55,102 nucleotides of DNA from Octopus bimaculoides (GCF_001194135.2 NC_068996.1:57320829-57375930), one strand, 5' to 3'; shown: positions 38,533-50,704, counted from the first letter of the stretch. Notes: generated by a model from the letters alone, not told the origin. Numbers and translations: made by a program.

Positions 38533-38681
38533 TTGCAGCGTGGAAGATGTTTGTAAGCCATTTAAGAAACACACAAAAACCATGAGTTTCACTTCAACAT
38601 TTAAATTTCATTTGTGTCATCGCTTTGAAAATGCGACCTGTTCGCTGACAAAATGGTTTACAAACTTCTTCCACGCTGCAA
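38533..38681. repeat. Inverted repeat, 31-bp arms with 2 mismatches
   Basis: 38533-38563 vs reverse complement of 38651-38681. Confidence 0.9.
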
Positions 38682-38994
38682 TTGTTTTTGTTTCAGCACA
38701 CGATCTTAGATCAAGTCCCTTGCTATGCAAGTACATCTCTGTAATAGTTTATTTTTGCTTTCTTCTTATTCGTATTTGCTAAGAAAAATAGTTTTATTTT
38801 TATTAAAATAATTTTATCGATGAATTGGGCAAACATTTGTTAGAAACACGAGAAAAAGGTCTTCAGCTCTCTTCATCATATGTAGCCAACAGAAATAACC
38901 AAGGTGAGATTGGAAGGTTCTTTGCTTCACTCCTCTCATCTTTTTCAAAATATGAATTTTTGAATCCAACCAAGTTCTTTCAATAATGACAACA

Positions 38995-39190
38995 GCCAGA
39001 GAGCTGAGGAGATTGTGGAAGACCAAGGACAATAATTATTCCTGTAGTAATTGGTGCACTTGGCACAAAACCAAGAATGCTGCCTAAAAAACTGGAAGAC
39101 ATTGGAATTAAAACTTGCATTGTCAACATGCAGAAAAGTACCATGTTATATTCAGGAAGAATCCTAAGAAAGATTCTTGAGATTTGAGTA
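38995..39190 (+). mobile_element. R4/Dong-like non-LTR retrotransposon 3' ORF end (REL endonuclease region)
   Basis: ARELRRLWK, then IIPVVIGALGT...VNMQKSTMLYSGRILRKILEI-stop. Confidence 0.8.
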
Positions 39191-39239
39191 GAATTCTAAG
39201 CCAGGTAGTTAGTTTATATCACAGAACCTAGTACTAAAC

Positions 39240-39860
39240 TGGTACTTTATGTTATGAACCTGGGAGGGACAAAAGGTAAAGTTGATCTCAGCAGGATTTG
39301 AACTCAAAATGTAAAATGGCAGAATGAAAATACTGAAAGGCATTTTTTCTGACATTAATGATTCCACCACCTTTGAATAATGGTTTCTGATTTATGCCCA
39401 AGGTCAACAGTTTTAAGGGGAAGGAATAAGTCAATACAATCAACACCAGTACTTGGTTGATATTCTATTTTAAAAAACTTGGATGAAAAGTAAAATTAAC
39501 CTTAGTATGGATTTGAACTCGTATTTATCTGATGAGTATCAGATAAAACAGCAGAAGGCATTTGATCCAACACTTTGTTAGTTCTTCCAGTTTACCATCC
39601 TAGAAGATGATGATGATGACAATGATAATTATGACGGGGATCCTTTCTCCTGGCGGCACAAAGCCTCAGATTTGGTGGGAAGGGATTAGTTGATTGTATC
39701 AACTCCAGTGTTTCACTGGTACTTAATTTATTGACCCAGAAAGGATGAAAGGCCGAGTTGACCTCAGCAGAATTTTAACTCAGAACATGAAGACAAACGA
39801 AATACCACAAAGCATTTTGTCCGGGATGCTAACGACTCTGCCAGCTCACCACCCTAATGA
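39240..39860 (-). mobile_element. Cluster of about three decayed SINE S2 copies
   Basis: Repeated AAAGG..AAGTTGA..TC.GCAG.ATTT.AACTC motifs at ~39270, 39490 and 39745. Confidence 0.7.
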
Positions 39861-40894
39861 TGATGATGATGATGATAGTAACATGAAATACTACACAAAA
39901 GAACAATACAAACAGAAGGTAATTTTTAAAAAAAAGAGTGAGACAGTCTCAAACAGATTAAGGTTAAGGAACAAAAATAGAAATTTAAAAAATAATAAAC
40001 AAAAATAGAAATAAAATCATTTTGAAATACCTTGAAGCTCCTCCCCTTTGTAGGATTGCGAATGATAAATTTCTCTGAAAGAAATAAAATGCAGAAGAAT
40101 AAATAGAATCAAAAAAGACAATATTTCTTTATTAAATTAAGTTGTTAATTGTATAATATTTTAAACGTCTTTGTACAGGTTGGAGTAAGATGGTTGTCAG
40201 CTCATATCATTTTTCCATTCTTATTTTTATATTCTTATGTCATTTTTGTCCATAAATACACACACTGAAATCTAACATCCCATCCTAATGGATTTAATCA
40301 GTCTTGCATCTCACAAAGTAGAAGATTCCTCTTAGATTACAACATTGCAGCGAATGGACAAGGCCCCCTTCTTACCTGCTCTCCAACAACTTTGTTGTAT
40401 TCCATATAACAACAACACCAGTGCCACTACTGCAGAAGCCTCTAATGGAAATATGACAATTTTGTCATATCAACACAAAGCACAGTCCTTGATCATATCT
40501 AAAAAAAACAATTTTGTACATTATTCTCTCCAGCAGCTAAAACCCTCAAAATTACAACAAAGGTTAATCTTCACAATCATAGAGAATTTTTCCTGGTGAC
40601 TTCACATAATGCAACCAAAACTCCATCAGAGAGACCGACTATCCTCTGTGGGGCCAGAAAATACTTCAATTTTGATCAGTTGTTGATTTTTTACAAAAAT
40701 TAAGACTCAATGGATACAGCTCTGCATCCATGCAATCAAACCTACAAGACTGCTTTTAAATGAAGGCCATCTAACCAGTACCCTGGGAAGAAAATTTGCT
40801 TAGTGGCTGCAAATCCAGGTCCAAATTTTATTTACAAAAAAGTGAATTTTTTTCAATGTTAACATCAAAACAAATGCAGATGCAATAATAATCT

Positions 40895-41345
40895 TTATTA
40901 TTAGGAGGGTCGGTTGAAATGTTCATAGACTGAGCAAAACACTCTCATGGAATGTAACCAAATGAAGTTCATGTTTTAACGTAGATCTTCTTATTGTCCA
41001 CACACTTCCATAAGTAATTGAAGTGCTTGGATCACACTGGTGAAGAAGCTATTCTGTCGGTCAAAATGGTCATCAACAGCAGATAAGATGTCATCATCAC
41101 AGAGATTCTGGTGCCCAGTTAAATGTTTTTCTATGTTGGGAAACAGATGGAACCAAATTACTAAGATAGGGATGGGTGATCAACCAGTTCAAAGCCAGTC
41201 ATGCACAGCTACCATTGAAACCAAGGACTTGTGTGCTGAGACATTGTCCATTCATCAGTTTTTCTGGGTGTTTGGTCTTGATAGCCTTCCAATACTGCCT
41301 AAGCAAGTTGACTTTGAACTTTCCATTGATGGTGTGATCATTTTG
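40895..41345 (-). mobile_element. mariner transposase C-terminal remnant
   Basis: FHLFPNIEKHLTGHQNLCDDDILSAVDDHF...FFTSVIQAL, matching the mariner C-terminal pattern. Confidence 0.7.
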
Positions 41346-41789
41346 AAGTCAATAAACACAATATTTTTGGCATTAATGTATATATCAAGCAAAGCAAACA
41401 TAAGCAGTAAAAATACAAATTGCAAGTATTTCAAAACGTGGAAAACAACATGATGAAAACTAACAAAAAACAAAGAAAATAATGTGTTCCAAAGGTATGA
41501 TGAGAGGGCTCAGGAAAAAGATAGAAAGATGGGATAGAAGGAAATAAAAGAATGAAATGTGAAAAGGTAAACTGAAGTGAGTGCTAGGCAGGAGATGAAA
41601 CAAAATACACGTCGTACCTATGCACTGGTCAAGTAGAAAAAGGATGAGTGATAAGAAATTGGATGGTCTTTTGGTACCAAAAAGCGAAGAAAGAGAGAGA
41701 CAGAGTGGAGTAGAGATGGTTAGGGAAAAGCAAGTAAGAAAAAGAGAGAGAGTGCAGAGTTAAAAAGGGAATAAAGATAGACAATCGTA

Positions 41790-42230
41790 GGGCGACATGC
41801 CATGCTTGAGGGGACCTATTGAGTCAAGTACATTAAAATCAAAATCAAATCAAATCACAATCACAATCAAATGGAAATTGTAGTTGTGGTCCCTGTGCCA
41901 TTGGCACATAAAAAGAACCATCCAAACATGGCTGAAGTCAGCACCACCTTGACTGGCTCCCATGCTGGTGGTACATAAAAAGCACAATTCAATCTTGGTC
42001 GATGCCAGCCCCCTCTGACCACTGTGCCAGTGGCATGTAAAAAAGTACCCACTACACTCTCAGAGTGGTTGGCATTAGGAAGGGTACCCAGCTGTAGAAA
42101 CATTGCCAAATCAGATTGGAGCCTGGTGCAGCCTACTGGCTTCCAAGACCCTAGTTGAACCCTCCAACCCATGCCAGCATGGAAAACGGACGTTAAACGA
42201 CGACAACGATGATGATGATGATGATGAGTA
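41790..42230 (+). mobile_element. RTE-tailed repeat ending in (GAT)n
   Basis: CCCACTACACTCTC.GAGTGGTTGGC.TTAGGAAGGG...CCAACCCATGCCAGCATGGAAAACGGACGTTAAACG. Confidence 0.8.
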
Positions 42231-42483
42231 GATAGTTGACAGAGATGAACAGAAGAAGAAATGTAAGGCAGTAAAGAGAGAAAGGCAGCAGATAGGTAGA
42301 GAGGCAGATAGAAATAGATGGGAAAGGTTTTGTGCACAAGAGGAGAGAGGAGAAGGACAAAGAAAAGAGAGAAAGTCTTGCACCAAATATTAAACAGTGT
42401 GTGGGGTACCACTGAGTGGGAGCAGAAATGGGAGGGGGTGACATTACATTGACTAACAACCACAGAATGGTGCCCAGAAAGTT

Positions 42484-42515
<32 letters not shown>

Positions 42516-42592
42516 NNNNNNNNNNATAATAATATAATTATAACAATATATTATTATAAAAGCATCAAAAGCATCACAAAAATATCACAAAA

Positions 42593-42680
42593 AAACTGCT
42601 ACTCAGAGTTTCATGTTCCCATTCTTTGGACAGTTTAGATTGTTTGACAAACAGGAACGTGAAATACTGAGTAACAGTTT
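42593..42680. ncRNA. Head-to-head pair of decayed family A hammerhead motifs
   Basis: Minus 42593-42636: AAACTGT-CCAAAGA-ATGGGAACAT-GAAAC-TCTGA-GTA-GCAGTTT. Plus 42639-42680: ATTGT-TTGACAA-ACAGGAACGT-GAAAT-ACTGA-GTA-ACAGTTT. Confidence 0.6.
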
Positions 42681-43024
42681 TTGTGATGTTTTTTCAGCTT
42701 TAATAACAAAGTATATTACTCTATCTTCGGTATTCGAGTACTATTTCTTCCCACCTTCTTTCACATTTATGGGCTTACACTGGTACATATATTTATATAT
42801 AAATATATGTAGAACACCTAGGATTGTAAGAGTTCTAACATCCTCTGTCATATTTAATGACAATTATAGTTTCCCTTTTTGGTGATACATTGCTAAACCA
42901 CTGCCTAATTTAATTATATAACCCAATAAGGTTCAAAAATCAATTAAGGTTGTTCATCATTTTTTTTTTCAGAGAAATGGCTAAAATTTGTCCTATTTAT
43001 AATTATACCATATATTACGTATAT

Positions 43025-43034
<10 letters not shown>

Positions 43035-43060
<26 letters not shown>

Positions 43061-43632
43061 GTTTAACGTCTGCTTTCCATGCTAGCATGGGTTGGACAAT
43101 TTGACTGAGGACTGGTGAAACCGGATGGCAACACCAGGCTCCAATCTAAATTTGGCAGAGTTTCTACAGCTGGATGCCCTTCCTAACGCCAACCACTCAG
43201 AGAGTGTAGTAGGTGCTTTTACGTGTCACCTGCACGAAGGCCAGTCAGGCGATACTGGCAACGGCCACGCTCGAAATGGTGTCTTTTATGTGCCACCCGC
43301 ACAAGCCAGTCCAGGGGCACTGGCAACGATCTCGCTCAAAAATCCTACAGGAGCCAGTCAGGCGGTACTGGCAATGGCCACTCTCAAAATGGTGCATCTT
43401 ATGTGCCACCCGCACAAGAGCCAGTCCAGGGGCACTGGCAACGATCTTACTTGGCTTGCCGGGTCTTCTCACGCACAGCACATTTCCAAAGGTCTCGGTC
43501 AGTAGTCATCGCCTCGGTGAGGCCCAATGTACGAAGGTCTTGCCTCACCACCTCAGCCCAGGTCTTCCTGGGCCTACCTCTTCCACAGGTTCCCTCAACT
43601 GTTAGGGTGTGGCACTTTTTCACGCAGCTATC
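43035..43632 (-). mobile_element. RTE 3' end: ORF C-terminus plus 3' UTR with internal tandem units and (GAT)n tail
   Basis: VVRMDEDSCVKKC...EKTRQAK-stop; near-identical to 8360-8700; TATGTGCCACCCGCACAAG..CCAGTCCAGGGGCACTGGCAACGATCT repeated. Confidence 0.92.
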
Positions 43633-43899
43633 CTCATCCATTCTCACCACATATATATACATATATAATTGTAAGTAGTAAGGGATTACCCCAAACGTTT
43701 ACTGGTTTACTCTCAGTTAGGTATTCAAAATAAGTTATTCAACAGTGAACATATAAATCCAATAATATTCTTATAAACTAAGAATTTAGAGATATATTTC
43801 ATTGAATAATTCTGAATATATTACTTTAACCATATAGGTTTCCTGGAGTATATGATATTAACAATAATAATAATAAAGATTATTACAAAGTTGCATGGC

Positions 43900-45734
43900 A
43901 TTACCTTTAATTCTTTTCATATATACACAGCTTTACATAGACCTGCACATGTTTCAACTCCACAATTAGTAATCGTTGCAATTGCAACCCTACTATAATA
44001 CTGGCACAATTTCGTCGGGGTCTTTACTTTAATATCCTTTAATTTAACTGTTTAAAGTTTTTCGTTTATCTATTCTGAATTGTATGATGTAGAGTCGTCT
44101 GATAAGTTAGATGTGAACAATCTGCAATTCAAGTTTGAATTGGATAAATCACTTATAGTCCATTATTTCAAATCATCTTGTTTATTATTCATTTATACAG
44201 GGCAAATGTGAGTCTCAAAGCTTGTTCCTATCTAGAATTTATTATATTACCCTTGGATGTAAAAATCTGATAAAATGCTCCTAAACATAAGTCACATTTT
44301 TTTAGTTCCAGCTCTGTATAGTTTTGCAGTACAAATTAATTCCCAGTTATTAGTATAGTTTTTGTTTCAGTCCTTGATAGATCAGATTAATTTACTAAGA
44401 CTTATTTGGAATCTTTTATTTTTATCTCTAAATGAACTCAAGTGATTTGCCAGTTTCCTCTTGAAAATTAATGATGTCCCACCAATGTAAAAATTATTCA
44501 TTACCTTCAGATGTAACTTTTACATCTATATATATATCATATTTCTAGTCTTACACTTGTTTTTCACACGATTACCGTTTGCTAAGATCATTTTTTATAT
44601 TTCTCTCAGATTTAATTTTAATTTGACTATTCATTGTAGAATCAAATTCATTCTAACCAAGTTCTTTATTACTATTTACTCCTTTAGACAACATTATCTT
44701 TGTCTTATTTTCAGCTGAACTTTTATTCAACGTTAAGTTAAATTGGGTTGTTTCCCTTCCATTGAATTTTAAATTCTTATCGTTTCCTTCTATTTGAGTT
44801 TTTTTTTAATTCTGTTTGACATTATTATGTTTAATATTTACTTTACTATTTTGATTATAATAGCTTTTTTAAAATTTTGATATTATTTTAACATTATGTT
44901 CTGCTATAATTTGTGCGATATTTTTGCAAAGACAATAAGCCATGCAAACCGTATGCTTGTTAAAAAAATTCCATAATATTTATGATTGATTGGAAAATAT
45001 TTTCAATTGCTATATTAAATAATTTGGAAAAATTATAATTTACTTGTTTACCAAATGGAATAATTAACCATAAAGTATTCTTGGAGTTAAGATCATAATC
45101 TTGATGTTTAAATTTGTTTTCCAAAGGAGTATTCTTTGATTTCAATCCATAATAAAGTTAGCTATTATTTTATGTTTTAAATCTTTTAGTTGTTTTTATA
45201 TTAAAACAATTTGAGATTTTATTAGAGAATATTACATACACATTTCTATTAGCAGTATGAGAACTCTTAACTTGGTTATCAACTGTCTAACAATTTTTTC
45301 TTTTGATTGAATTATAATTGTTCATTTGATTATTTGCTCTAATAAAATCATCAACTCCTGTCATTTTATTAACTTCTATATTTCATTTTAAATTTCCATC
45401 ACTATTTTTCTTATAAGTAGATTTATTTAGAATAGCTTTATTAAAATTGCTTTTTATATCAGATTCGTTATTCAACTTATTAAACTTTATTTTATCTTTA
45501 TATTCCACTTTCCTAAGTGCTAAGTTATAGTAGTCTTCATTTAGTTTGAAAATATTCTCATTGGCTGATAATTTAGTTATTCTACATGAAATGTTCTTTA
45601 TTAGTGAGTTTGTTACTGATTTGGGATGATTACTTCCAGTGTTTATATATTTTGTGTCTTCATTAGGTTTATAAATTCTTGTTTTGATTTCTAATGTAAC
45701 ATATAAGAAATTAACAGAGTTATGCTTATCTTCT

Positions 45735-45740
<6 letters not shown>
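43900..45740 (-). mobile_element. Penelope-like element: RT C-terminus, linker, GIY-YIG endonuclease, 3' region
   Basis: NFLYVTL, SNHPKS, LWLIIPFGKQV and FYIGGTSLIFKRKLANHLSSF...WELICTAKLY...CDLCL. Confidence 0.88.
43939..44023 (-). ncRNA. Degenerate long-stem-II hammerhead motif at the PLE 3' end (family D)
   Basis: AGACC-CCGACGA-[56 nt]-GAAAC-ATGT-GCA-GGTCT; stem I perfect, core deviates at two positions. Confidence 0.5.
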
Positions 45741-45804
<64 letters not shown>

Positions 45805-45969
45805 TAAATGATAGGATTGCTTCAATATTTCAGGGGTAGTCTGAAGTATCCAAGCAACCAGGGGATGTTTAAATCCGGAGGCACTCCTGGGAATTACTTG
45901 TGTGGGTACCATCTTTGTTAGAAGGTATCCAGAGGTAGGTAATTTATTGTTTAAACCGCAGTTTATAAG

Positions 45970-46107
45970 TATAGTTATGTGGAGAATGGAGAAACAAACA
46001 CAAGAAGAAGCAACTCATTATATAATCTCCACATAATTAAAACAATGGCTAACTAGCCCAGTCGAATTGCTTCTTGTGTTTGTTTCTCCATTCTCCACAT
46101 AACTATA
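45970..46107. repeat. Inverted repeat with ~41-bp arms
   Basis: TATAGTTATGTGGAGAATGGAGAAACAAACACAAGAAG(AAG)CAA vs reverse complement at 46067-46107. Confidence 0.93.
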
Positions 46108-46125
46108 TATATTTATATATATATA

Positions 46126-46573
46126 CGGAGTGTGAAGGGTAAATTGCTGCCATTTTATATTTTTTATTTCGTGCAGCCACATAGTTTGTTTTTGATTTTA
46201 TTGACTACACAGTATAGTAGGGTCAGTTGAGAATTGTCTATGAGAAAGAAACAGCACCATGGCGCAATTCACAATGCCAGAAATTTGGAAAAAACATGGT
46301 GTACTGCTTGGCATTCACACCAGAAGCTCCAGTATGAACATTTCAGAGTGTTTGGGTGTTAATCTGAGGACAGTGCAATCTGAGGACATATACCGAGAGT
46401 GATAAAAAATCAAACATCCAGTCAACATTATGGTATTTGGAGTGATCACTAGTGATAGCAATGTTATGTCTCTGTTCATCTTCCCACATGACCTCAGACT
46501 CAACATGGAGCCTATACATTGACTGCACAAAATAAAAAATATAAAATGGCAGCAATTTACCCTTCACACCCTG
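46126..46573 (+). mobile_element. Internally deleted Tc1/mariner element (MITE) with ~50-bp TIRs and TA TSD
   Basis: TA|CGGAGTGTGAAGGGTAAATTGCTGCCATTTTATATTTTTT... / ...AAAAAATATAAAATGGCAGCAATTTACCCTTCACACCCTG|TA; internal HPVNIMVFGVITSD. Confidence 0.92.
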
Positions 46574-46596
46574 TATATATATATATATATATATAG

Positions 46597-47290
46597 ACGC
46601 AGGAGTCGCTGTGTAGTAAGTAGCTTGCTTACGAACCACATGGTTCGAGGTTCCGTCCCACTGCGTGGCACCTTGGGCAAGTGTCTTTTACTATAGCCTC
46701 GGGCTGACCAAAGCCTTGTGAGTGGATTTGGTAGACGGAAACTGAAAGAAGCCCATCTTATATCAAATTATATATATATACACAGGTAGGAGTGGCTGTG
46801 TTGTAAGTAGCTTGCTTACCAACCACATGGTCCCGGGTTTAGTCCCACTGCGTGGCACCTTGGGCAAGTGTCTTCTACTATAGCCCCGGGCCGACCAAAG
46901 CCTNNNNNNNNNNGTTTAGTCCCACTGCGTGGCACCTTGGGCAAGTGTCTTCTACTATAGCCCCGGGCCGACCAAAGCCTTGTGAGTGGATTTGGTAGAC
47001 GGAAACTGTAAGAAGCCCATCGTATATGTGTATATATATGCATGTGTGTGTATATGTTTGTGTATATGTTTGTGTGTCTGTGTTTGTCCCCCCAACATCA
47101 CTTGACAACTGATGCTGGTGTGTTTAGGTCCCTGTAACTTAGTGGTATGGCAAAAAAGACCGATAGAATAAGTACTAGGCTTACAAAGAATAAGTCCTGG
47201 GGTCGATTTGATTCAACTAAAGGCAGTGCTCCAGCATGGCCACAGTCGGATGACTGAAACAAGTAAAAGAATAAAAGAAAGTAAAAGAAC
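46597..47290 (+). mobile_element. SINE S1: 5' half plus a full-length copy
   Basis: tRNA-like head GGAGTGGCTGTG..GTAAG...GGTTCGAGGTTCCG/GGGTTTAG; internal (TG)-rich linker; AAAAGA(A/T) tail. Confidence 0.9.
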
Positions 47291-47349
47291 ATATATATGA
47301 TAGAAGATGAACATAACTTTGTTAATTTCTTAGATGTTACATAAGATAG

Positions 47350-47670
47350 TACTGCCCTGAGTCAAGAGAGTGGCTGCTGGAAGACCCTATGTCTGGCAAC
47401 AGGACTCTGCACCATGTCACACAAGCAGGAGAACCCAGTCATGGCTGTCAGACAATTTCTGTGACCACATCACCCGTAACATCAGGCTATCTAACTCTCT
47501 AGACTGCAACTCCATTGTTTATTATGTGTGGGGTACAGTTGAGCAAGAGATCTTGTAACACCAAAAATGAATTGAAGGCAAGGATTAGGACAGCATTCAC
47601 CAACTTAAACAAGGAGACCGTCCAGAAGAGTTGCAGGAGATTCCAAAGTTGTCTGGAGGCTGTGGTTAAC
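47350..47670 (+). pseudogene. Tc1/mariner transposase catalytic C-terminus fragment
   Basis: YVWQQDSAPCHTSRRTQSWL...SLDCN...YYVWGTVEQ. Confidence 0.88.
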
Positions 47671-48235
47671 ACAGAGAGAATTTTGTAATTGATGATCAAG
47701 GAATTAAGAGGGGAATAGAATATTGTTGGTTAAATGCAAAGTGGTAATGAGAGTGGATGAGTGGGAAAAAATAAATATATGTAAGGGGAGACAAGAGCAG
47801 GGTGGGTTGTAATTATTTGTATTTTGGGAATAGATTTGCAGCTGAATATTATACTGCTGTGTTCAATGACACAGTCTGTGGAATGCAAAATAGTCATGAC
47901 CTTGGCTATGCAGAGATCACAATTGTTGTTATATCCGCTCTAAGGTTTGGTATGGGTGACTATGGACCATTTGAGAATGAAAGGGGTTGAATCAAGCATT
48001 AGTTTACTGATAAGCTGAGAATGATGTACTGTTAGATTTTGTATAGGATTTGAAACTGGAGTAGTGATTACTCACCCTAGCTTTGAAGGTGGTTCTTTTT
48101 ATATTCCACAATAGGTGACCAGGGTTGCTGAGTGTGTGAAAAAGAGTGTAAAAGTTATGGAATGAAGTAGTAAAAATACAGGCTATTATATGTTTCATAG
48201 AGAGTGGCACCTCAGAAGTGGTAAAATCCAAGCGA
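47671..48235 (-). mobile_element. PLE terminal-repeat segment joined to a GIY-YIG C-terminal fragment
   Basis: TTFKARVSNHYSSF...KWSIV...NCDLCIA; 48092-48235 repeats 49300-49443 and 47671-47936 repeats 50029-50311. Confidence 0.75.
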
Positions 48236-48726
48236 AGTGAAGGCAGAGTCTTCTTTGACATTTTATTTATTAGCTTCTATGGTGTGGCTAAAGCAAGATG
48301 TTCTCTGTCTGTCTCCTTAACCTCTGGGAGATTTTAGGTAAAATTATACTAATGTGTCCATCTGTTTAAATTTAATTAAATTCTATGTCTTTGTGCAGCT
48401 GAAAATTGCTCTGCATTTTAAATTAGTGAAATGATTGCATTGTTCAATTAAATGGTGTTGCTTGAAACGATCGTACTGCATTACCTCTGGATATCCTTGT
48501 TGCTTATTTTGATTTTAATCACCTTACTTTGAAATTGTATGGATAATACCGTACTAAATTCTGGTGTCTAAACTTAAGTACCATATTCACCTGAATCTAT
48601 CTATCTATCTATATATAAAATATACAAGAATAAGGGCAGGGAATCGTCAATTAATAATAGAATTAATAATTAACAATTTTGCCAAGTAGTTCAGTATGAA
48701 AAAAACCTTTATCGGTAAAACCATTT

Positions 48727-49077
48727 ATCATCATAAATATACAGGGATTAGCAATTGAGTTGCTTCTCCAACATACTGAAAATTTAGAAATAGCAGTCAA
48801 AGAACTACTGATTCTAAACTACAAATTTTTCTCTAAAACGGATGGCGTGAAATTTTCATTCACTTAACCATGAAACGATTCGTATCCAATTAACTAAAGA
48901 CTTGGTTTGTTTACGCTTTTCCCTCCGGTTTTTTGTTCTATGTGTGCCATAAATATCGCCATCCGCTTTAGAGAAAAATTTGTAGTTTAGAATCAGTAGT
49001 TCTTTGACTGCTATTTCTAAATTTTCAGTATGTTGGAGAAGCAACTCAATTGCTAATCCCTGTATATTTATGATGAT
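48727..49077. repeat. Inverted repeat, 121-bp arms with 1 mismatch, 109-nt spacer
   Basis: 48727-48847 vs reverse complement of 48957-49077. Confidence 0.97.
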
Positions 49078-49086
49078 TATCTATCT

Positions 49087-49142
<56 letters not shown>

Positions 49143-49299
49143 GCAAGATCCAGGGATCAAGGTGTAGGAAAAAAGTTAGCTTTAGGCAATCTGTAGTAAA
49201 TATTTTTAAAAAATACAACTTTCAGGAACAATAATGGTTTATTGAGACAGAAGGTTGCAGATTATTTTTCTTTATTGAAAATCAATGAGTAGAAAAAAA

Positions 49300-50311
49300 G
49301 TTCTTTTTATATTCCATAATAGGTGACCAGGGTTGCTGAGTGTGTGAAAAAGAATGTAAAAGTTATGGAATGAAGTAGTAAAAATACAGGCTATTATATG
49401 TTTCATAGAGAGTGGAACCTCAGAAGTGGTAAAATCCAAGCGAGGAGTATACTGCTGGTTACTCTTCAGGCCAAGGATATCTTGATTAGATTAAAGGTTA
49501 CATTGTCATAATGAGGTACATGTTGATGCAAAGGGGTTTCAATCAGAATGTGTGGAGGTCACAAATATGAGAGGGTTATATAAATGTAGGAAGGAATAAG
49601 TATTAGAAGAAAGGAAGAAAGAAGAAAAAATATAAGGGAGTGAGAAGAAGGAGGAATTGGATGAGGTCAGTTGACTGGTAGTAGATAATATAATAGTTGA
49701 ATCACAGACTATGGCAGTGGGATTGATACTTGAAGGAAAGATAAATTGGAGGGGAAAGGGTGAGGAAATATTTTTGGTTGTGTGGGAGAAAGAAACAGTG
49801 TATGGATAAAACGAGGTTGAGTGAGAAATTTAAGTGCAACTGGATGATTTTTGGTAGTCAAAGGGCTTTTATGGCCGAAAGGCAAAAATTAGCAGGGAGT
49901 GGTAAAAAACAAAACAAAAACATATGAAGAGGTGTAGGGGCATATATTTGTAAGCTTACAGATGGAGTGGGTAGGAGGGAGTGTTGAAATAAAAGGAAAG
50001 AAAAATATTTTAGATACTAAGTAAAAATACAGAGAGAATTTTGTAATTGACAATCAAGGAATTAAGAGGGGAGAAGATTATTGTTGGTTTAATACAAAGT
50101 GGTAGTAAGAGTGGATGAGTGGGGAGGAAAAAAAAAAAGGAATGAGAGTTAAGGGGAGACAAGAGCAGGTGGGGTTGTAATTATTTGAGAATAGTTTTAG
50201 TGCCCGATGTTTGCAGCTGAATATTATACTGCTGTGTTCAATGACACAGTCTGTGGACTGCAAAATAGCCATGACCTCAGTTATGCAGAGACCACACTTA
50301 TTGTTATATCC
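49300..50311 (-). mobile_element. PLE 3' end: GIY-YIG tail, long 3' UTR, degenerate hammerhead-like motif (49389-49472)
   Basis: ILQSTDCVIEHSSIIFSCKHR; GGC-CTGAAGA-...-GAAAC-ATATAATA-GCC. Confidence 0.65.
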
Positions 50312-50369
50312 ACATAACTACAACTATGGTAACACCTGACCCTTAAATGTACCACAGCACCCAAATATA

Positions 50370-50690
50370 CCCCTGTCAGAGCCTCGTGGAGCTTTAGGTG
50401 TTTTCACTCAATAAACACTCACAACGCCTGGTCTGGGAATCGAAACTGTGATCCTATGACCGCAAGTCCGCTGCCCTAACCACTGGGCCATTGCACCTCC
50501 ACAGAAACGGGAAGTAAGAGTGAGAGAAAGTTGTGGTGGAAGAGTACAGCAGGGTTCACCACCATCCCTGCTGGAGCTTCATGGAGCTTTAGGTGTTTTC
50601 GCTCAACAAACACTCACAACGCCTGGTCTGGGAATTGAAACCGTGACCCTATGACCGCGAGTCCGCTGCCCTAACTACTGGGCCATTGTG
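50370..50690 (-). mobile_element. Two tandem tRNA-derived SINE copies
   Basis: A box TGGCCCAGT(G/A)G and B box GTTTC(G/A)ATTCCC, each present twice. Confidence 0.85.
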
Positions 50691-50704
50691 TATACATATA
50701 CACA

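Noticed and set aside
39524-39547. 10-bp hairpin TTTATCTGAT-GAGT-ATCAGATAAA containing CTGATGA
   Set aside because: Short AT-rich palindrome inside a decayed SINE; no downstream GAAA or stems.
40180-40191. Possible 6-nt microexon (TACAG|GTTGGA|GTAAGA)
   Set aside because: Splice-like words this short occur by chance; no supporting evidence in the sequence.
43670-43710. GGGATTACCCCAAACGTTTACTGG resembling a hammerhead 3' half
   Set aside because: The core and the G of GAAA are missing; too degenerate to support.
46845-46985. Direct duplication of SINE sequence either side of a 10-N gap
   Set aside because: Typical overlap artefact of unmerged contig ends.
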